The notes: generated from the sequence alone by a model not told the origin. DNA of 64,000 nucleotides from a virus (IMGVR_UViG_3300046167_000921:1-64000); one strand, 5' to 3'. Shown: positions 1 to 10,182, numbered from the stretch's first letter. Numbers and translations: made by a program.

Positions 1-2
1 TC

Positions 3-644
3 AAGCTTGGCCACATCACCATTGACACAGGAGCCTTACCTGATCAGGATGAGATTGAGGATGATGAGATCGAGACCGTAGAGTTTCTTGAAGAGGTTAG
101 GGAAGACCGAGAGACTCTGAAGCTCCTCAACCGAGAGCAACTTATACGTTTTATTGAGTTCGCCGTACAACCTAGAAATGACTACGATGACTTCTCTGGA
201 GTTGATCTTGAGGGTGCGGATCTCGGAGATGCGGACTTTACAGGAGCTAATCTTAGAGGAGCTAATCTCAAAGGTGTCAGCTTTAAAGGAGCTGAAATTT
301 TTCAGGTAGACTTCACAGGAGCAGACCTCACAGGAGCGGACTTCTCTGGGGTAGACATTGACGGTGTTATCTTTGACCGAGCCATCTTGATCGACGCAAA
401 TTTTGAGGATGCTGTTGAGTACGACGAGGGTGCTTCTTTTGAGGGTGCTATCTTTGAAGAGATCTCAAGTGATCCATCTCCTGAGATGGAAGCACTCCTG
501 TCTCAGGTGGAGTGTGCTTTTTGGACTACGGTTATCAATGCTTACCCCGAGGCAAGTGTTCCTGAGATCGACTCTTGTACTCAGAAAGAAGTACAAGAAG
601 TTATGAGGAAAGCGATTCTGAGCTTCCTTCAGCAAAACTCTTGA
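3..644 (+). CDS. Pentapeptide-repeat protein, 5'-truncated by the window edge (only its 3' end is in the ORF track)
   Basis: Frame open from nt 3: ...DFSGVDLEGADLGDADFTGANLRGANLKGVSFKGAEIFQVDFTGADLTGADFSG... continuing in frame into ORF 387..644. Confidence 0.85.
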   Translation, partial: KLGHITIDTGALPDQDEIEDDEIETVEFLEEVREDRETLKLLNREQLIRFIEFAVQPRNDYDDFSGVDLEGADLGDADFTGANLRGANLKGVSFKGAEIFQVDFTGADLTGADFSGVDIDGVIFDRAILIDANFEDAVEYDEGASFEGAIFEEISSDPSPEMEALLSQVECAFWTTVINAYPEASVPEIDSCTQKEVQEVMRKAILSFLQQNS

Positions 645-675
645 TCTAAGACCCAGACTGCTTAGACACTTGTGG

Positions 676-712
676 AGCCCCATTCCCCCACTTCGGGGGG
701 GTGGGGCTTTTT
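676..712 (+). terminator. Rho-independent terminator
   Basis: AGCCCCATTCCCCC-acttcg-GGGGGGTGGGGCT followed by a T tract. Confidence 0.85.
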
Positions 713-774
713 CGTTTACCAGCTTAGGTCTTTTCTATAACAGGCGGTGAACTATATTAAAGTAAAGGAACACC

Positions 775-1194
775 ATGAGTTCAATGAGCATTCAAAAGTA
801 TTTTTGGGCGGGGGTATACGCCTACGGGATTGACCAAGAGCTAATCAAGCTAGAGGCAGGTATTGACAAGATGTCAGGTGCTTGGAAGCAAGTAAATTCA
901 GAAGTACCAGACTCTATTGTTGAGTACCGAGTCTGGGAGACTGAGGACGGCTTCCAAGAAGAGAAGAAATTTACCCGTCCTCAGGAAGACAAGGTCATGA
1001 ACCTCATCCGAGAGAAGTTTCCTGAGTTGGGTTTTAAGTCTAGATGGGAAGAAGACTTCTCAAACGTAACGGTTACGTTCCCCGACTTCTATGCTAAAGA
1101 GAGAGAGTTCTGGGAGCACCTTCGACAAATGACAGGGGTAGAAGTCCCCGCCTATGGCAAATGCCTTAGTTATTTTACGGTACTCATTCACTAG
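775..1194 (+). CDS. Hypothetical phage protein
   Basis: 139-aa ORF with AAAGGA SD. Confidence 0.7.
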   Translation: MSSMSIQKYFWAGVYAYGIDQELIKLEAGIDKMSGAWKQVNSEVPDSIVEYRVWETEDGFQEEKKFTRPQEDKVMNLIREKFPELGFKSRWEEDFSNVTVTFPDFYAKEREFWEHLRQMTGVEVPAYGKCLSYFTVLIH

Positions 1195-1204
1195 GAGTTA
1201 CAAT

Positions 1205-1561
1205 ATGAGTTTTGAAGTAATTGAAGAATTGCAGGGGAAGACCCTTACAGAGATCGAGAGAGACGGAAATGAAGAGATTCGATTCTATACCACAGAGGGG
1301 AAAGTGGTTAGGATGTACCACTTTCAATCATGTTGCGAGGACGTAGAGATTGAGGATCTTACAGGAGATCTGAATGACCTCGTCGGCCACCCTCTCACTA
1401 GAGCAGAAGTCAGGTCTAACCTTCAAGAGACCTTTAGTGGAGATCAGGAATGGACGTTCTACCAGTTAGACACGATAAAAGGATCTGTCACTATACGCTG
1501 GTACGGCACCTCAAACGGTTACTATTCCACGTCTGTGAGTATTAGCGAGTACGACGCTTAA
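1205..1561 (+). CDS. Conserved small phage protein (DUF7448-like); start re-assigned to 1205
   Basis: HFQSCCEDVEIEDLTGDLNDLVG and WTFYQLDTIKGSVTIRWYGTSNGYYS motifs; AGGAG SD before ATG 1205. Confidence 0.75.
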   Translation: MSFEVIEELQGKTLTEIERDGNEEIRFYTTEGKVVRMYHFQSCCEDVEIEDLTGDLNDLVGHPLTRAEVRSNLQETFSGDQEWTFYQLDTIKGSVTIRWYGTSNGYYSTSVSISEYDA

Positions 1562-1602
1562 TAGCCTATCTATAGCTATTCTCCCTCAAAAGGAGATATA
1601 GC

Positions 1603-2436
1603 ATGAACAACGAGACCAGAGAACTAGAGATTCGGGTTGCCCGATTAGAAAAGCAGGCCTTCGTCAAGAGTGTTAGAGATTTCTTGGAAAAGGCGGTAGA
1701 GTTTGTCCCTCAAACAGGAAGGCTTCTTGGCGGTGCTCGGGAGTTAGCGAGGTTAGTTCTGAGCACGCTAAAGATCCTTTACGCGGAGTTCAACCTTCTT
1801 GTTCGGAAGAACAAAAGTAAGATCTTGAAGTACTTAGAGATGAGCTTTAAAGAGATAATGGAGAATGCTTTCCAGCCTTTTGTCTCCGTGAAGAACCCCC
1901 CTAGAATGAAAAAGTGGAACTCTCGTAACTTGCTGGGTTCTACCTTTGAGTTTAAAGACAAGACTTACACCTTGAAGGCTCTGTTAAAGCACGATGCTGT
2001 AACAGGGCAGGGTGCGTACAACTCATACAATGATTGGGTCAAAGAGTACGGTATCTCACTTGACTATGCACTCGGCATTTACCCGAAGCAAGGGTCTGAT
2101 GCAGAGAAGAGAGCATTGCGTTGGGGTGCTAAGACACTGAAGAGAAGCAACAAGCTATTCTACCGCTTCTTAAACATTTGGTTGAAGATGTCTGCTCAAA
2201 CAGGTCTAGTGGCGGGTTTATTCGCGGGTATGGTCACAATGGGGCTTATCTGGTCTACTAAGGCAGTTGTGAAATGGGTGTTCGATAAGTTCAACAACAA
2301 GGTAGAGGATAGCCTATCTGAGTTTGAGGGCGAGGCGAGTAACTTGCTCTTTGACCCAAACAAGACCGCTTCTTCCAATCGCCTCTCGCACATGGGCAAG
2401 CTAACCATAATTTTTGAGGTCGCCTACTCTTCTTGA
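1603..2436 (+). CDS. Leader-tagged protein with C-terminal hydrophobic hairpin (putative packaged/ejected protein)
   Basis: N-term ELEIRVARLEKQA; WVKEYG motif; hydrophobic GLVAGLFAGMVTMGLIW; C-term KTAS. Confidence 0.7.
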   Translation: MNNETRELEIRVARLEKQAFVKSVRDFLEKAVEFVPQTGRLLGGARELARLVLSTLKILYAEFNLLVRKNKSKILKYLEMSFKEIMENAFQPFVSVKNPPRMKKWNSRNLLGSTFEFKDKTYTLKALLKHDAVTGQGAYNSYNDWVKEYGISLDYALGIYPKQGSDAEKRALRWGAKTLKRSNKLFYRFLNIWLKMSAQTGLVAGLFAGMVTMGLIWSTKAVVKWVFDKFNNKVEDSLSEFEGEASNLLFDPNKTASSNRLSHMGKLTIIFEVAYSS

Positions 2437-2492
2437 ATCGTTTGTTATTATATCTCCTTCTTTGAGCATCACATATTACTAGGGGGATAAAA

Positions 2493-2816
2493 ATGTCGAG
2501 TGAAGACAACCAGAAAAACTTACTAGAGATAACGTTCAAGGTATTGAGCTCATTGATCATACCTTTCGGTATTTACATCGTAAGTATGAGCACAGAGCAG
2601 AAGTTGATAGAACAGAAGGTTCAGGTTCAGCAAGAGAGGATAGAAGAGCTTCGGCTCAAAGTTAAAGAACTCAACAAGAGTGTAGCTGAAGGTTGGAGTA
2701 ATATTAAGCTTAACACCCAAGAAGTTAGGCAAATGAGAGAGATGATCTCAGAACAATCTCAGATGACCCGAGAGGTTTACGAGTATGTTCTGAGACAACA
2801 AGGAAGGGGTAATTGA
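2493..2816 (+). CDS. Single-TM coiled-coil membrane protein
   Basis: TM VLSSLIIPFGIYIVSM followed by a Q/E/K heptad coiled coil; GGGG SD. Confidence 0.7.
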   Translation: MSSEDNQKNLLEITFKVLSSLIIPFGIYIVSMSTEQKLIEQKVQVQQERIEELRLKVKELNKSVAEGWSNIKLNTQEVRQMREMISEQSQMTREVYEYVLRQQGRGN

Positions 2817-2817
2817 G

Positions 2818-3153
2818 ATGGCCAGAGCTTCTTTCCTCATTCTAGTCTTAATCACAATATTGTCTTTGGTGAACTTCAAAGACTCTGGGGTCGAGGGTGC
2901 GACGGGCTTGGATAATGTTCGTAAAAAAAGGTATGGAATAGAGTCAAAGGTGGTATTAGAAAGAGCAGGTCGAGAGACCTCTCTCTTAAAGCACGAAGCC
3001 AGCGTTTCTTTTGAAGAAACCTGCAAGTTACACCACCTGATACAAAGGGAAACTTCAAATGAGCACAGAACCAACGCCTGTGGGAACTCTCACACCAGAA
3101 GAAATGGGCTCTATTGCCCAGCTACGACAGAATGCATCTCAGCTTTTAAATAG
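2818..3153 (+). CDS. Possible signal-anchored protein (3' end uncertain)
   Basis: Hydrophobic N-terminus FLILVLITILSLV; starts 1 nt after the previous stop but overlaps the next gene by 95 nt. Confidence 0.35.
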   Translation: MARASFLILVLITILSLVNFKDSGVEGATGLDNVRKKRYGIESKVVLERAGRETSLLKHEASVSFEETCKLHHLIQRETSNEHRTNACGNSHTRRNGLYCPATTECISAFK

Positions 3154-3331
3154 CCTCGGACAACTAGAATTACGTAGGAGCCGTCTCGTTCAGCAAGTGG
3201 AACAGAACGAGCTTCAAGCACAACAAATCCTTCTCTCCGCTAGAGACCGCCTTGAAATCCCTGATGGAGCTCCTTGGCAGGTTCAAGACGACGGGCAGAT
3301 TTTGGCTACATTACCGACCTCAGAAGAGTAA
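3059..3331 (+). CDS. Small coiled-coil protein
   Basis: Q/L-rich helix; GGGA SD. Confidence 0.7.
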   Translation: MSTEPTPVGTLTPEEMGSIAQLRQNASQLLNSLGQLELRRSRLVQQVEQNELQAQQILLSARDRLEIPDGAPWQVQDDGQILATLPTSEE

Positions 3332-3426
3332 AAAAACTCAAAGTAAAATCTGACCCCCTGATCTCCTTTGATAATAGAGGCATTCAAAAGAGATCGAATA
3401 ATGGACAACAGATTTTACGAGGTAAT

Positions 3427-3855
3427 ATGATTTACAAGCAAGACCTTTCACTCTTCTCAGAAGAAGAGCTTCTTAACCTCCGCACCGCAATCACTGAGCG
3501 TCTTGAGTCGTATAAGGGCAACGCCCTTGACCGAGAGAGCTTTGAAGCCCAATTGGGGGCTCTCAAAGTGATGGTAGAGGCCAGCGACCCAAACGAATTG
3601 GGCGGAGTTAATAAAGCGAAGCTGCTCGACAACCAGCTCGCCACGCTTGAGTCGAGCATCGCTTATGCGGAGGACTACGACCAAGACATCCAGAGTCTTT
3701 ACGACCAGATTCAAGCTTTGCTTCCGAGGTGGAAGCAAGTTATCAACCAAACTCTCGGCGGTCGAAAGCGGTTTCGTTTTCGGTTCGTTATGATCTTTCG
3801 CCGCCACACGCGAACTCCGTTCCGCATGTTCGGTAAGCAAGAAAAGATTTTCTAA
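3427..3855 (+). CDS. Hypothetical helical protein; start re-assigned to ATG 3427
   Basis: GAGG SD before ATG 3427; visibly GC-richer codons than neighbours. Confidence 0.65.
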   Translation: MIYKQDLSLFSEEELLNLRTAITERLESYKGNALDRESFEAQLGALKVMVEASDPNELGGVNKAKLLDNQLATLESSIAYAEDYDQDIQSLYDQIQALLPRWKQVINQTLGGRKRFRFRFVMIFRRHTRTPFRMFGKQEKIF

Positions 3856-3893
3856 GAGTATAGATTGATCGTCGGCATTTTAGATGTCCCCCA

Positions 3894-3935
3894 GCCCCTC
3901 CCTTTCCTGTTTGGAAAGCGGAGGGGTTTTTTGTT
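3894..3935 (+). terminator. Rho-independent terminator
   Basis: CCCCTCCCTTTCC-tgttt-GGAAAGcGGAGGGG followed by TTTTTTGTTTTT. Confidence 0.8.
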
Positions 3936-3976
3936 TTTATATTGCTGTCAAATAGCAAATAACAAGGAGACTATTC

Positions 3977-4624
3977 ATGAGCCAAGATTTTTCAGGTCAA
4001 ATACTAAACGAAGCCTTTATGCAAGGGCGAGACTTAAGTGACGCAATTTTTACAGATTCCAAACTTGTAGGTGCAGATCTTTCATATGCTGATTTGAGAG
4101 GTGCGGATCTAACCAACGCGGATCTCTCATATGCTATCCTCACAGGAGCAAAACTAGACGATGCGGTGTTGGAGAACACAATACTAGAAGGGGCTTCTGT
4201 AGAGTCCACAATCTTACAGGATGACTTCCAAGAGGACTTTGTGGCTCGAAGGAAGCCAAGCCCCCTGTATGTGGCAAAAAGGCTTTCTATAATAGAGGAG
4301 AGGGCAAGGGAAGCTATTAGCAAAAAGACAGGTCTCCGACTCGAAACGGTGAGCTTCGCACCTGACATTTTGAGGTCGTACCTTAGAGTTCAGCTACAAA
4401 TCACCGAGAAAGAAACATCTGCGGGTCTATACTTCCTCTTGCCTGAGAGGGGGGAGATTAGACTGCTTCAAGCTGAGACTAGGGGAGGTAAAGTAATGTT
4501 TCTCATAGCTCAGCTTGAGGTCGAGTACGAGAACAAAAAAGTCAGAAAGGTTTTGAGGGTGAAGAAATTCTCAAACTTAAAGACCGCATACCAATACTAC
4601 CGAAAGGTTGAAGAGAGCCGATAG
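3977..4624 (+). CDS. Pentapeptide-repeat protein with unrelated C-terminal domain
   Basis: RDLSDAIFTDSKLVGADLSYADLRGADLTNADLSYAILTGAKLDDAVLEN; AAGGAG SD. Confidence 0.85.
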   Translation: MSQDFSGQILNEAFMQGRDLSDAIFTDSKLVGADLSYADLRGADLTNADLSYAILTGAKLDDAVLENTILEGASVESTILQDDFQEDFVARRKPSPLYVAKRLSIIEERAREAISKKTGLRLETVSFAPDILRSYLRVQLQITEKETSAGLYFLLPERGEIRLLQAETRGGKVMFLIAQLEVEYENKKVRKVLRVKKFSNLKTAYQYYRKVEESR

Positions 4625-5970
4625 TATCTATTAGCTACCCTCCTAGCATTTGCTTTCTTCGTGTTTAAGACACCCGAGTGGTCTTTAAGAGCGTCCAAAA
4701 CCTCTTTTGAAATCTCAGTCTTCCCAGAAAGCAAGTCAGTCGCCATCTTTGATATCTCTTCGCTGTTAGCCTCAATCTCTTCAACAAGCAGGTCTTCAGC
4801 CTCATATTGATCTTTGAGATATTTGAGTTTCAGGAATGCGGGTAGATCTTTATTTTCACCCCTCTTGAGGAATGCACCTTCTTCGCTCCCCTCACTCTCA
4901 CCTAAGAGGTAGACACCTTTGTCTATAGAGGGTCTGACGTTATCGTCGAAGTCCTTGTAGAGGGATAGGATCTCATCTCTCATCTTGTCTGGGTCTTTAT
5001 TTGAAGTAAGAATCTCATCTAGTTTAGAGCTGTATTCTTTATTGATAGCCTCTGGTGTGGAGTACCCTGCATAGATGTCTGCCGCGAGGTCGTCATAGGC
5101 AACTGAGCTACCTTGACCCTTACCTTTGATTTGGTTGACTTTTTTAACAATCCGCTTAAAGACAAACCCCGTCACTAAGCTGGCAACAGCGACACCCGCT
5201 AACCAAGGTATCCATGAAGGAGCGGTGGCTATTGAGACAGCCCCTGCCGCGTGAGCCGCTTTAGTTGCGACAATAGACCCAACACTGACTTTTGCACCTA
5301 AACCTGCGAGCGTCGCGACTTTAGGGATGATTGTAGACTGAACCCAATTTGCCGCGAGGAGTTTAGATGAGGTCTTAATCTCGGGGTTACTCTCTGCGAT
5401 CTCTTTGAGCTTCTTTTGAAAATCAGGGTCGGACTTCTTTTCCTCTCCCTTATAGAGACCTGTCATCAGCTTGTTCATTTTCCCGAAAAGCCCATTTAAC
5501 ATTCTAGCGTTCTGTTTGAGATACATCTTGAACCCGCGAACCGCCACCCCAATCCTGCCTTTGTTGTGTGTGGGAGTTTGAAAAGCTTTCTTGATATCCT
5601 TAGCCAGCTTCTCAATATCTTTCTTAGTGGGCTTAACCCCTTTTATCGCAAGTCGGTTGTCCTTGAAGACCTTCTTAGGTAAGCCCATGTTTTGCTTTCT
5701 AAGAAGCATAGAAACTGCATTTATTGAGACTTCGACATCACCGCCCGCCTGATTTTTCGCTTCGTCTTTCTTGATCGCCGACTCAAACTTCAGGAACATC
5801 CGACGGGCATACTCTTTCTGCTTCTTCTTTAACGGGTCATTCAAACTCTTCTTGGAGTGGTTTCTCCAAGACTTGAGAGTCCAATAACCAATTTGCCTGT
5901 CCGAGAAAGGATTTTTTCTCTTCCAACCTTTGAACGCCTCGTCAACTTTTTGGTTCATACTTTTTACCAT
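4597..5970 (-). CDS. Lys-rich helical protein with a long Gly/Ala hydrophobic segment
   Basis: 457 aa; VATLAGLGAKVSVGSIVATKAAHAAGAVSIATAPSWIPWLAGVAVASLVTGFVF; C-term KKANARRVANRYY. Confidence 0.75.
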   Translation of the reverse strand: MVKSMNQKVDEAFKGWKRKNPFSDRQIGYWTLKSWRNHSKKSLNDPLKKKQKEYARRMFLKFESAIKKDEAKNQAGGDVEVSINAVSMLLRKQNMGLPKKVFKDNRLAIKGVKPTKKDIEKLAKDIKKAFQTPTHNKGRIGVAVRGFKMYLKQNARMLNGLFGKMNKLMTGLYKGEEKKSDPDFQKKLKEIAESNPEIKTSSKLLAANWVQSTIIPKVATLAGLGAKVSVGSIVATKAAHAAGAVSIATAPSWIPWLAGVAVASLVTGFVFKRIVKKVNQIKGKGQGSSVAYDDLAADIYAGYSTPEAINKEYSSKLDEILTSNKDPDKMRDEILSLYKDFDDNVRPSIDKGVYLLGESEGSEEGAFLKRGENKDLPAFLKLKYLKDQYEAEDLLVEEIEANSEEISKMATDLLSGKTEISKEVLDALKDHSGVLNTKKANARRVANRYYRLSSTFR

Positions 5971-6035
5971 GTGGCACTACCTTCTTTTTCAGGCAAAACA
6001 GTCATTCTTATAACACAGAAATAAGGAGTAACATA

Positions 6036-6941
6036 ATGAAACTAGGATACGCTTGCATCAACACAGTGTTGAACGAACATAAAATAACAACAAACCGAGG
6101 AATGATTAAAAGGACTTTTAAAGCAAGAGGGTTGCCTTACGCCTCTGACCTAGCTCTTGAGAACTGCAAAGACCTTTTGAAGATCTTGCGTTGGAACGCA
6201 GATCGTAACATTAGGTTCTTTAGGCTTTCCTCTGATCTCTTTCCTTGGTCTTCAGAGTATGAGCTGACGGACTTGCCCTCTTATGAGGAGATAGGGCAAG
6301 TGCTAGAAGAAGCAGGTTCTTATGCTAAGCTACACGATGTTCGTATCACGACCCACCCTGGACCTTTCAATGTTCTGGGGTCTCCTAGAGAGGATGTAGT
6401 CTCAAGGTCAATCAAAGACCTGTCTACGCACGGCCAGATATTTGATATCATGGGGCTTGAGAATAGCCCCTATGCGAAGATAAACATTCATGTAGGAGGT
6501 ACATATGGTTGCCATGAGAAAACGTCTTGGAGATGGATTAGAGGCTTCTCTAAATTACCTGACTCTGTGAGATCTAGGTTGACTCTTGAGAATGACGACA
6601 AGAGCTCACAGTGGAGCGTGAGACATTTGTATGAAATGGTCTACAAGGAGACAGGTGTGCCTATTGTGTTTGACTACCACCACCATAGGTTTTGTGACGG
6701 TGGGCTTCGTGAGGTGGATGCTTTAGAGCTGGCTCTGTCTACTTGGGGGTCTGTGGTGCCTGTGGCTCATTATTCTCAAAGTAAAGCGGAGGAGTATGAC
6801 GATAAGAGTATTCGCCCTCAGGCACATTCGGATAGTTATTGGAAGTGCTTTGATCTGTATGGGAATGATGCGGACGTGATGCTTGAGTGTAAGCATAAAG
6901 AGCAGGGCTTATTTAAGATGCGTGAACTCCTCGCTTTGTAG
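6036..6941 (+). CDS. uvsE: UV DNA damage repair endonuclease UvsE/UVDE
   Basis: MKLGYACIN, FFRLSSDLFPW, HPGPFNVL, NIHVGG, RLTLENDDK, VFDYHHH, HYSQ, PQAHSD, DVMLECKHKE. Confidence 0.95.
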   Translation: MKLGYACINTVLNEHKITTNRGMIKRTFKARGLPYASDLALENCKDLLKILRWNADRNIRFFRLSSDLFPWSSEYELTDLPSYEEIGQVLEEAGSYAKLHDVRITTHPGPFNVLGSPREDVVSRSIKDLSTHGQIFDIMGLENSPYAKINIHVGGTYGCHEKTSWRWIRGFSKLPDSVRSRLTLENDDKSSQWSVRHLYEMVYKETGVPIVFDYHHHRFCDGGLREVDALELALSTWGSVVPVAHYSQSKAEEYDDKSIRPQAHSDSYWKCFDLYGNDADVMLECKHKEQGLFKMRELLAL

Positions 6942-6984
6942 TCTTTATATGTCGGTTCTCTTGATGTTTGAAAGGAGTATAGTC

Positions 6985-7479
6985 ATGGAAAATAGGATCA
7001 GAGAACTGAAGGTAAGTCTCCAATATGCCATTGAAGCGGGGGACACTAGGAGTCTTCGCAGAACTCTCCCCGAAGAGTTCAAGCAAATCACTACAACATT
7101 GTCTGCCTTTGTACATGGGGAAGACTCAATCCCTCAACTCAAAGGTTATCTAGAAGAGATTGATTCTCTAGCCATCCTTAGAAGGATGAATCCTATATTC
7201 GAGGCCATGACCAGAGGGTCTTATTTAAACCTCACTCAGTCTTACCACCTCTCGTTGTATTTCGCTTCTCTAGAGGAAGTCGTCCGCAAGAACAGGACTC
7301 CGAAGTATGTTGGTGTGGACAGCATTATGCAGGATATTGACTTCTTGCTTACGGAAGGCAAGAAGATCCTTCCGAGGTCTCTCCATAAGCTCTTGAAGAA
7401 GAAAGCGGAGGATGCAAAACAGAAAGTGAAGGACAGGCTTTCTTCTGTAGATCGTTTACTTGATAGGTTCTTCAAGTAG
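6985..7479 (+). CDS. Hypothetical helical protein; start re-assigned to 6985
   Basis: GAAAGGAG SD before ATG GAA AAT AGG. Confidence 0.7.
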   Translation: MENRIRELKVSLQYAIEAGDTRSLRRTLPEEFKQITTTLSAFVHGEDSIPQLKGYLEEIDSLAILRRMNPIFEAMTRGSYLNLTQSYHLSLYFASLEEVVRKNRTPKYVGVDSIMQDIDFLLTEGKKILPRSLHKLLKKKAEDAKQKVKDRLSSVDRLLDRFFK

Positions 7480-7874
7480 GGGGGATCCCTAAAAGGGAAC
7501 TCCTTTTCGAACACCGCCTTCACCTTTGCATAGATGCCATTCCCTCTCCCATAAGTACGTGCACCTTCTTGACAGTAGCACCTAGCAATCATGTACTCAC
7601 AGAGAGTGTTTGTTAGCTCTAGTATTTTCTCATCTACGTATTGGTACTCGCCGTTTCTCTCTTTCCACTTCTCGTAGACGGAGATGGTTCGGAGTTGTAT
7701 ACTCCGATCTTGCCCACGATATGCTCTATGTCGTCTAGTGGGATTGTATATCTTAGAGAGATATTTATCAGGAGTCAGTCTCCTGTGACGTGCGTGCTTT
7801 ATAGTGTACAGAGCGAGGATCTTTTTTTGTTTATTTATAGGTTAGACAACAGACATAACTGAGAAAGGGCTATC

Positions 7875-8669
7875 ATGAGACAGCTAACCGCGAATCTATT
7901 TCAAGACTACTTTCAAGAACAAGGGGTAGACTACCTCTCACTTGACCGTAAATCCCAGAGAAGGCTTGAGAGTAAGCACTCAAAGAAGTTCTTAAAGTGG
8001 AATATAAAGCGAAAGATAGAGTTGGCTTTAGAGAAGAAAGGGCCTCTAAATAAGCTGAAGAGTAGGATAGACCTCTATCTAGACAAGTTACGATTCCACC
8101 CAAACATAGCTCCTGACCTACTATCTAAGCTAGAAGAAAATCTCAGTTATGAGGTTTTATCTGTCTTCGGTAAAGAGATAGAAGATGCGACTTCGGGGCC
8201 TGTCTTCTCCCACAAGGATAACTACAGGAAGCTAAGAAGCACCATAAGTAAAAATTATGGGTGGATGAATATAAAAGATTTGCCTACTCTTGACTCAGAG
8301 TTGGAAAAGAAGTTTAAGCCTCTTTTCCTCATACAAGAGAAAGAAGTAAGGCATCTGGGCAGGATTGTAAGAAAGCTTGCGGATCAATCTGCAAGGATTC
8401 CACCTGTCAATGTCAGAGGCTTAGAGGCTCTTGCCAAAGAAGTAGGCTCTTTACAAGCTCAACCTAAATATGTCGAAAACTATGGCAAGGTTCTCAAGGG
8501 GATTCAAGATCAGATCGAGTCTAAGTATGCGGTGCATGGTAAAGACCACAAGTATCTGGAGAAGCAATTCAAGATGGCTAAAAGGGCTTCGCAGATCCGC
8601 GTAGCCTCTCAGATGAACCGAGAGCTTCAGAGAGAGATCAAAGCTCTCAAGAGAGACCTCAACAAGTAA
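7875..8669 (+). CDS. Protein carrying the shared C-terminal module (divergent copy) and an MRQLTA start
   Basis: C-term LEALAKEVGSLQAQPKY...KRASQIRVASQMNRELQREIKALKRDLNK. Confidence 0.85.
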   Translation: MRQLTANLFQDYFQEQGVDYLSLDRKSQRRLESKHSKKFLKWNIKRKIELALEKKGPLNKLKSRIDLYLDKLRFHPNIAPDLLSKLEENLSYEVLSVFGKEIEDATSGPVFSHKDNYRKLRSTISKNYGWMNIKDLPTLDSELEKKFKPLFLIQEKEVRHLGRIVRKLADQSARIPPVNVRGLEALAKEVGSLQAQPKYVENYGKVLKGIQDQIESKYAVHGKDHKYLEKQFKMAKRASQIRVASQMNRELQREIKALKRDLNK

Positions 8670-8687
8670 CCAGAAGGAGAACAGAAC

Positions 8688-9137
8688 ATGAATAGTTTTG
8701 AAAAAAAAGAAATAGAAGCCGAGCTTAAGCTACTCGATCAAGACGTGAAAGAGGCAGAGAAAACTCAGAACGTAATGGAACTCAAGGTGATCCTCAGAAC
8801 TATCACAGAGCTTAAGCGAGATCTGCCGAGAGGAGATAGAACAAGATTGAGGGCATATGTTAGAGCAATTGTAAGGATTGAAGGTCTCATTGATTCCGTC
8901 AATGAGAGGCTTGAGGAAAGAAAATCTTTCATAAAGGAAATGAAACCACATATCAAGAAACTTGAAAGATTTAGTACTATGATTAAGTACCGCAAAGCCG
9001 CAGTGGAACGATGGCAAGAGAGAGTGGAGGAGCTTCTTGCGGACGGTATTGAAGATGAACGTACAACTAAAACATTAAATAGTTTTAAAAGTCTTCTCTG
9101 GCATAAGATCGACTTTTTTGAGCGTCGGGGTTTTTGA
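8688..9137 (+). CDS. Hypothetical helical protein inserted in the array
   Basis: AAGGAG SD; 149-aa charged helical ORF. Confidence 0.75.
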   Translation: MNSFEKKEIEAELKLLDQDVKEAEKTQNVMELKVILRTITELKRDLPRGDRTRLRAYVRAIVRIEGLIDSVNERLEERKSFIKEMKPHIKKLERFSTMIKYRKAAVERWQERVEELLADGIEDERTTKTLNSFKSLLWHKIDFFERRGF

Positions 9138-9221
9138 TCGAAAAGCATCAGGGGCTTTTTTGTTTATATATAGGTGTCCTTGTGGAGATGTGACAATAGA
9201 GATACATGAAATCAACTAAGG

Positions 9222-10157
9222 ATGAAAACAATGGCTAACCCAAACGACTTAAAAAGAGTCCTCGATGGATCATATGTTCCCAGAGCGGATCTCACAAATG
9301 CGGATCTCAGAAATGCGGATCTCAGGGATGCGGGTCTCTGGGATGCGGATCTATCAGGTGCGGATCTCAACAATGCGAAACTCAAGGATGCGAGTCTTGA
9401 ACGTGCGTATCTTATAGATGCGAAACTCAAAGGTGCGGATCTCAGGGATGCGGGTCTCTGGGATGCGGATCTGACAGGTGCGGATCTCAGCAAAGCGGAT
9501 CTCAGAAATGCGTGGCTTTTGGAAGCTAATCTCACGGGTGCGGATCTGACGGGTGCGAAGCTTGGAAGAGCGATCCTTACTAATGCGGAACTCATAAATG
9601 CGAAACTTGAACGTGCTAACTTAAGTAAAGCGAATCTCATTGAGGCGGATCTCAGAAAAGCTAAACTCAGAGGTGCGATTCTTACTAATGCGGATCTTTC
9701 AGGTGCGGATCTCAATCTTGCGGATCTTGAAGGTGCGGATCTGACAGGTGCGGATCTGACAGGTGCGGATCTGACAGGTGCGAAAGGTATACCTCTGTCC
9801 ATCTCTGATAAATTTCCCCACAAAGGAGAGACGGTAGAGGAAAAAGCCCGAAGAGAGACAATCCAAGACATCACACGTCGCGTCTCCAGAGCTAAGAAAG
9901 ACAAGGAGCTGGAAGCTCTCGCTCAAGAAGTGGGTTCTCTACAAGCTCAACCTGATTATGTTAAAGAGTACAAGAAAGTCCTCGAAGACCTGCAAGCTGA
10001 AATCGAGGAGAAGTATTCTGTTTTAGGTAAGGGTCTTAATTATCTGAAGAAGCTCTTCAGCAGAGGTAAAAGGGCTTCGCAGATCCGCGTAGCTAGTGAG
10101 ATGAATAGAGAAATCCAGAGAGAGATTAAAGCTCTGAAGAGAGATCTCGACAAGTAA
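9222..10157 (+). CDS. Pentapeptide-repeat protein plus shared C-terminal module (likely start at 9231, MANP)
   Basis: Long A(D/N/K)Lxx repeat run followed by the ARRETIQDI...KRDLDK module. Confidence 0.92.
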   Translation: MKTMANPNDLKRVLDGSYVPRADLTNADLRNADLRDAGLWDADLSGADLNNAKLKDASLERAYLIDAKLKGADLRDAGLWDADLTGADLSKADLRNAWLLEANLTGADLTGAKLGRAILTNAELINAKLERANLSKANLIEADLRKAKLRGAILTNADLSGADLNLADLEGADLTGADLTGADLTGAKGIPLSISDKFPHKGETVEEKARRETIQDITRRVSRAKKDKELEALAQEVGSLQAQPDYVKEYKKVLEDLQAEIEEKYSVLGKGLNYLKKLFSRGKRASQIRVASEMNREIQREIKALKRDLDK

Positions 10158-10182
10158 GATATCGCCGTGATCCTATTTAAGA

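Noticed and set aside
7242-7770. Minus-strand ORF between 7479 and 7875
   Set aside because: The frame looks coding (YEKWKERNGEYQYVDEKILEL...) but lacks a clear start and runs antisense into 6985..7479; left unannotated pending read check of G6 at 7479-7484
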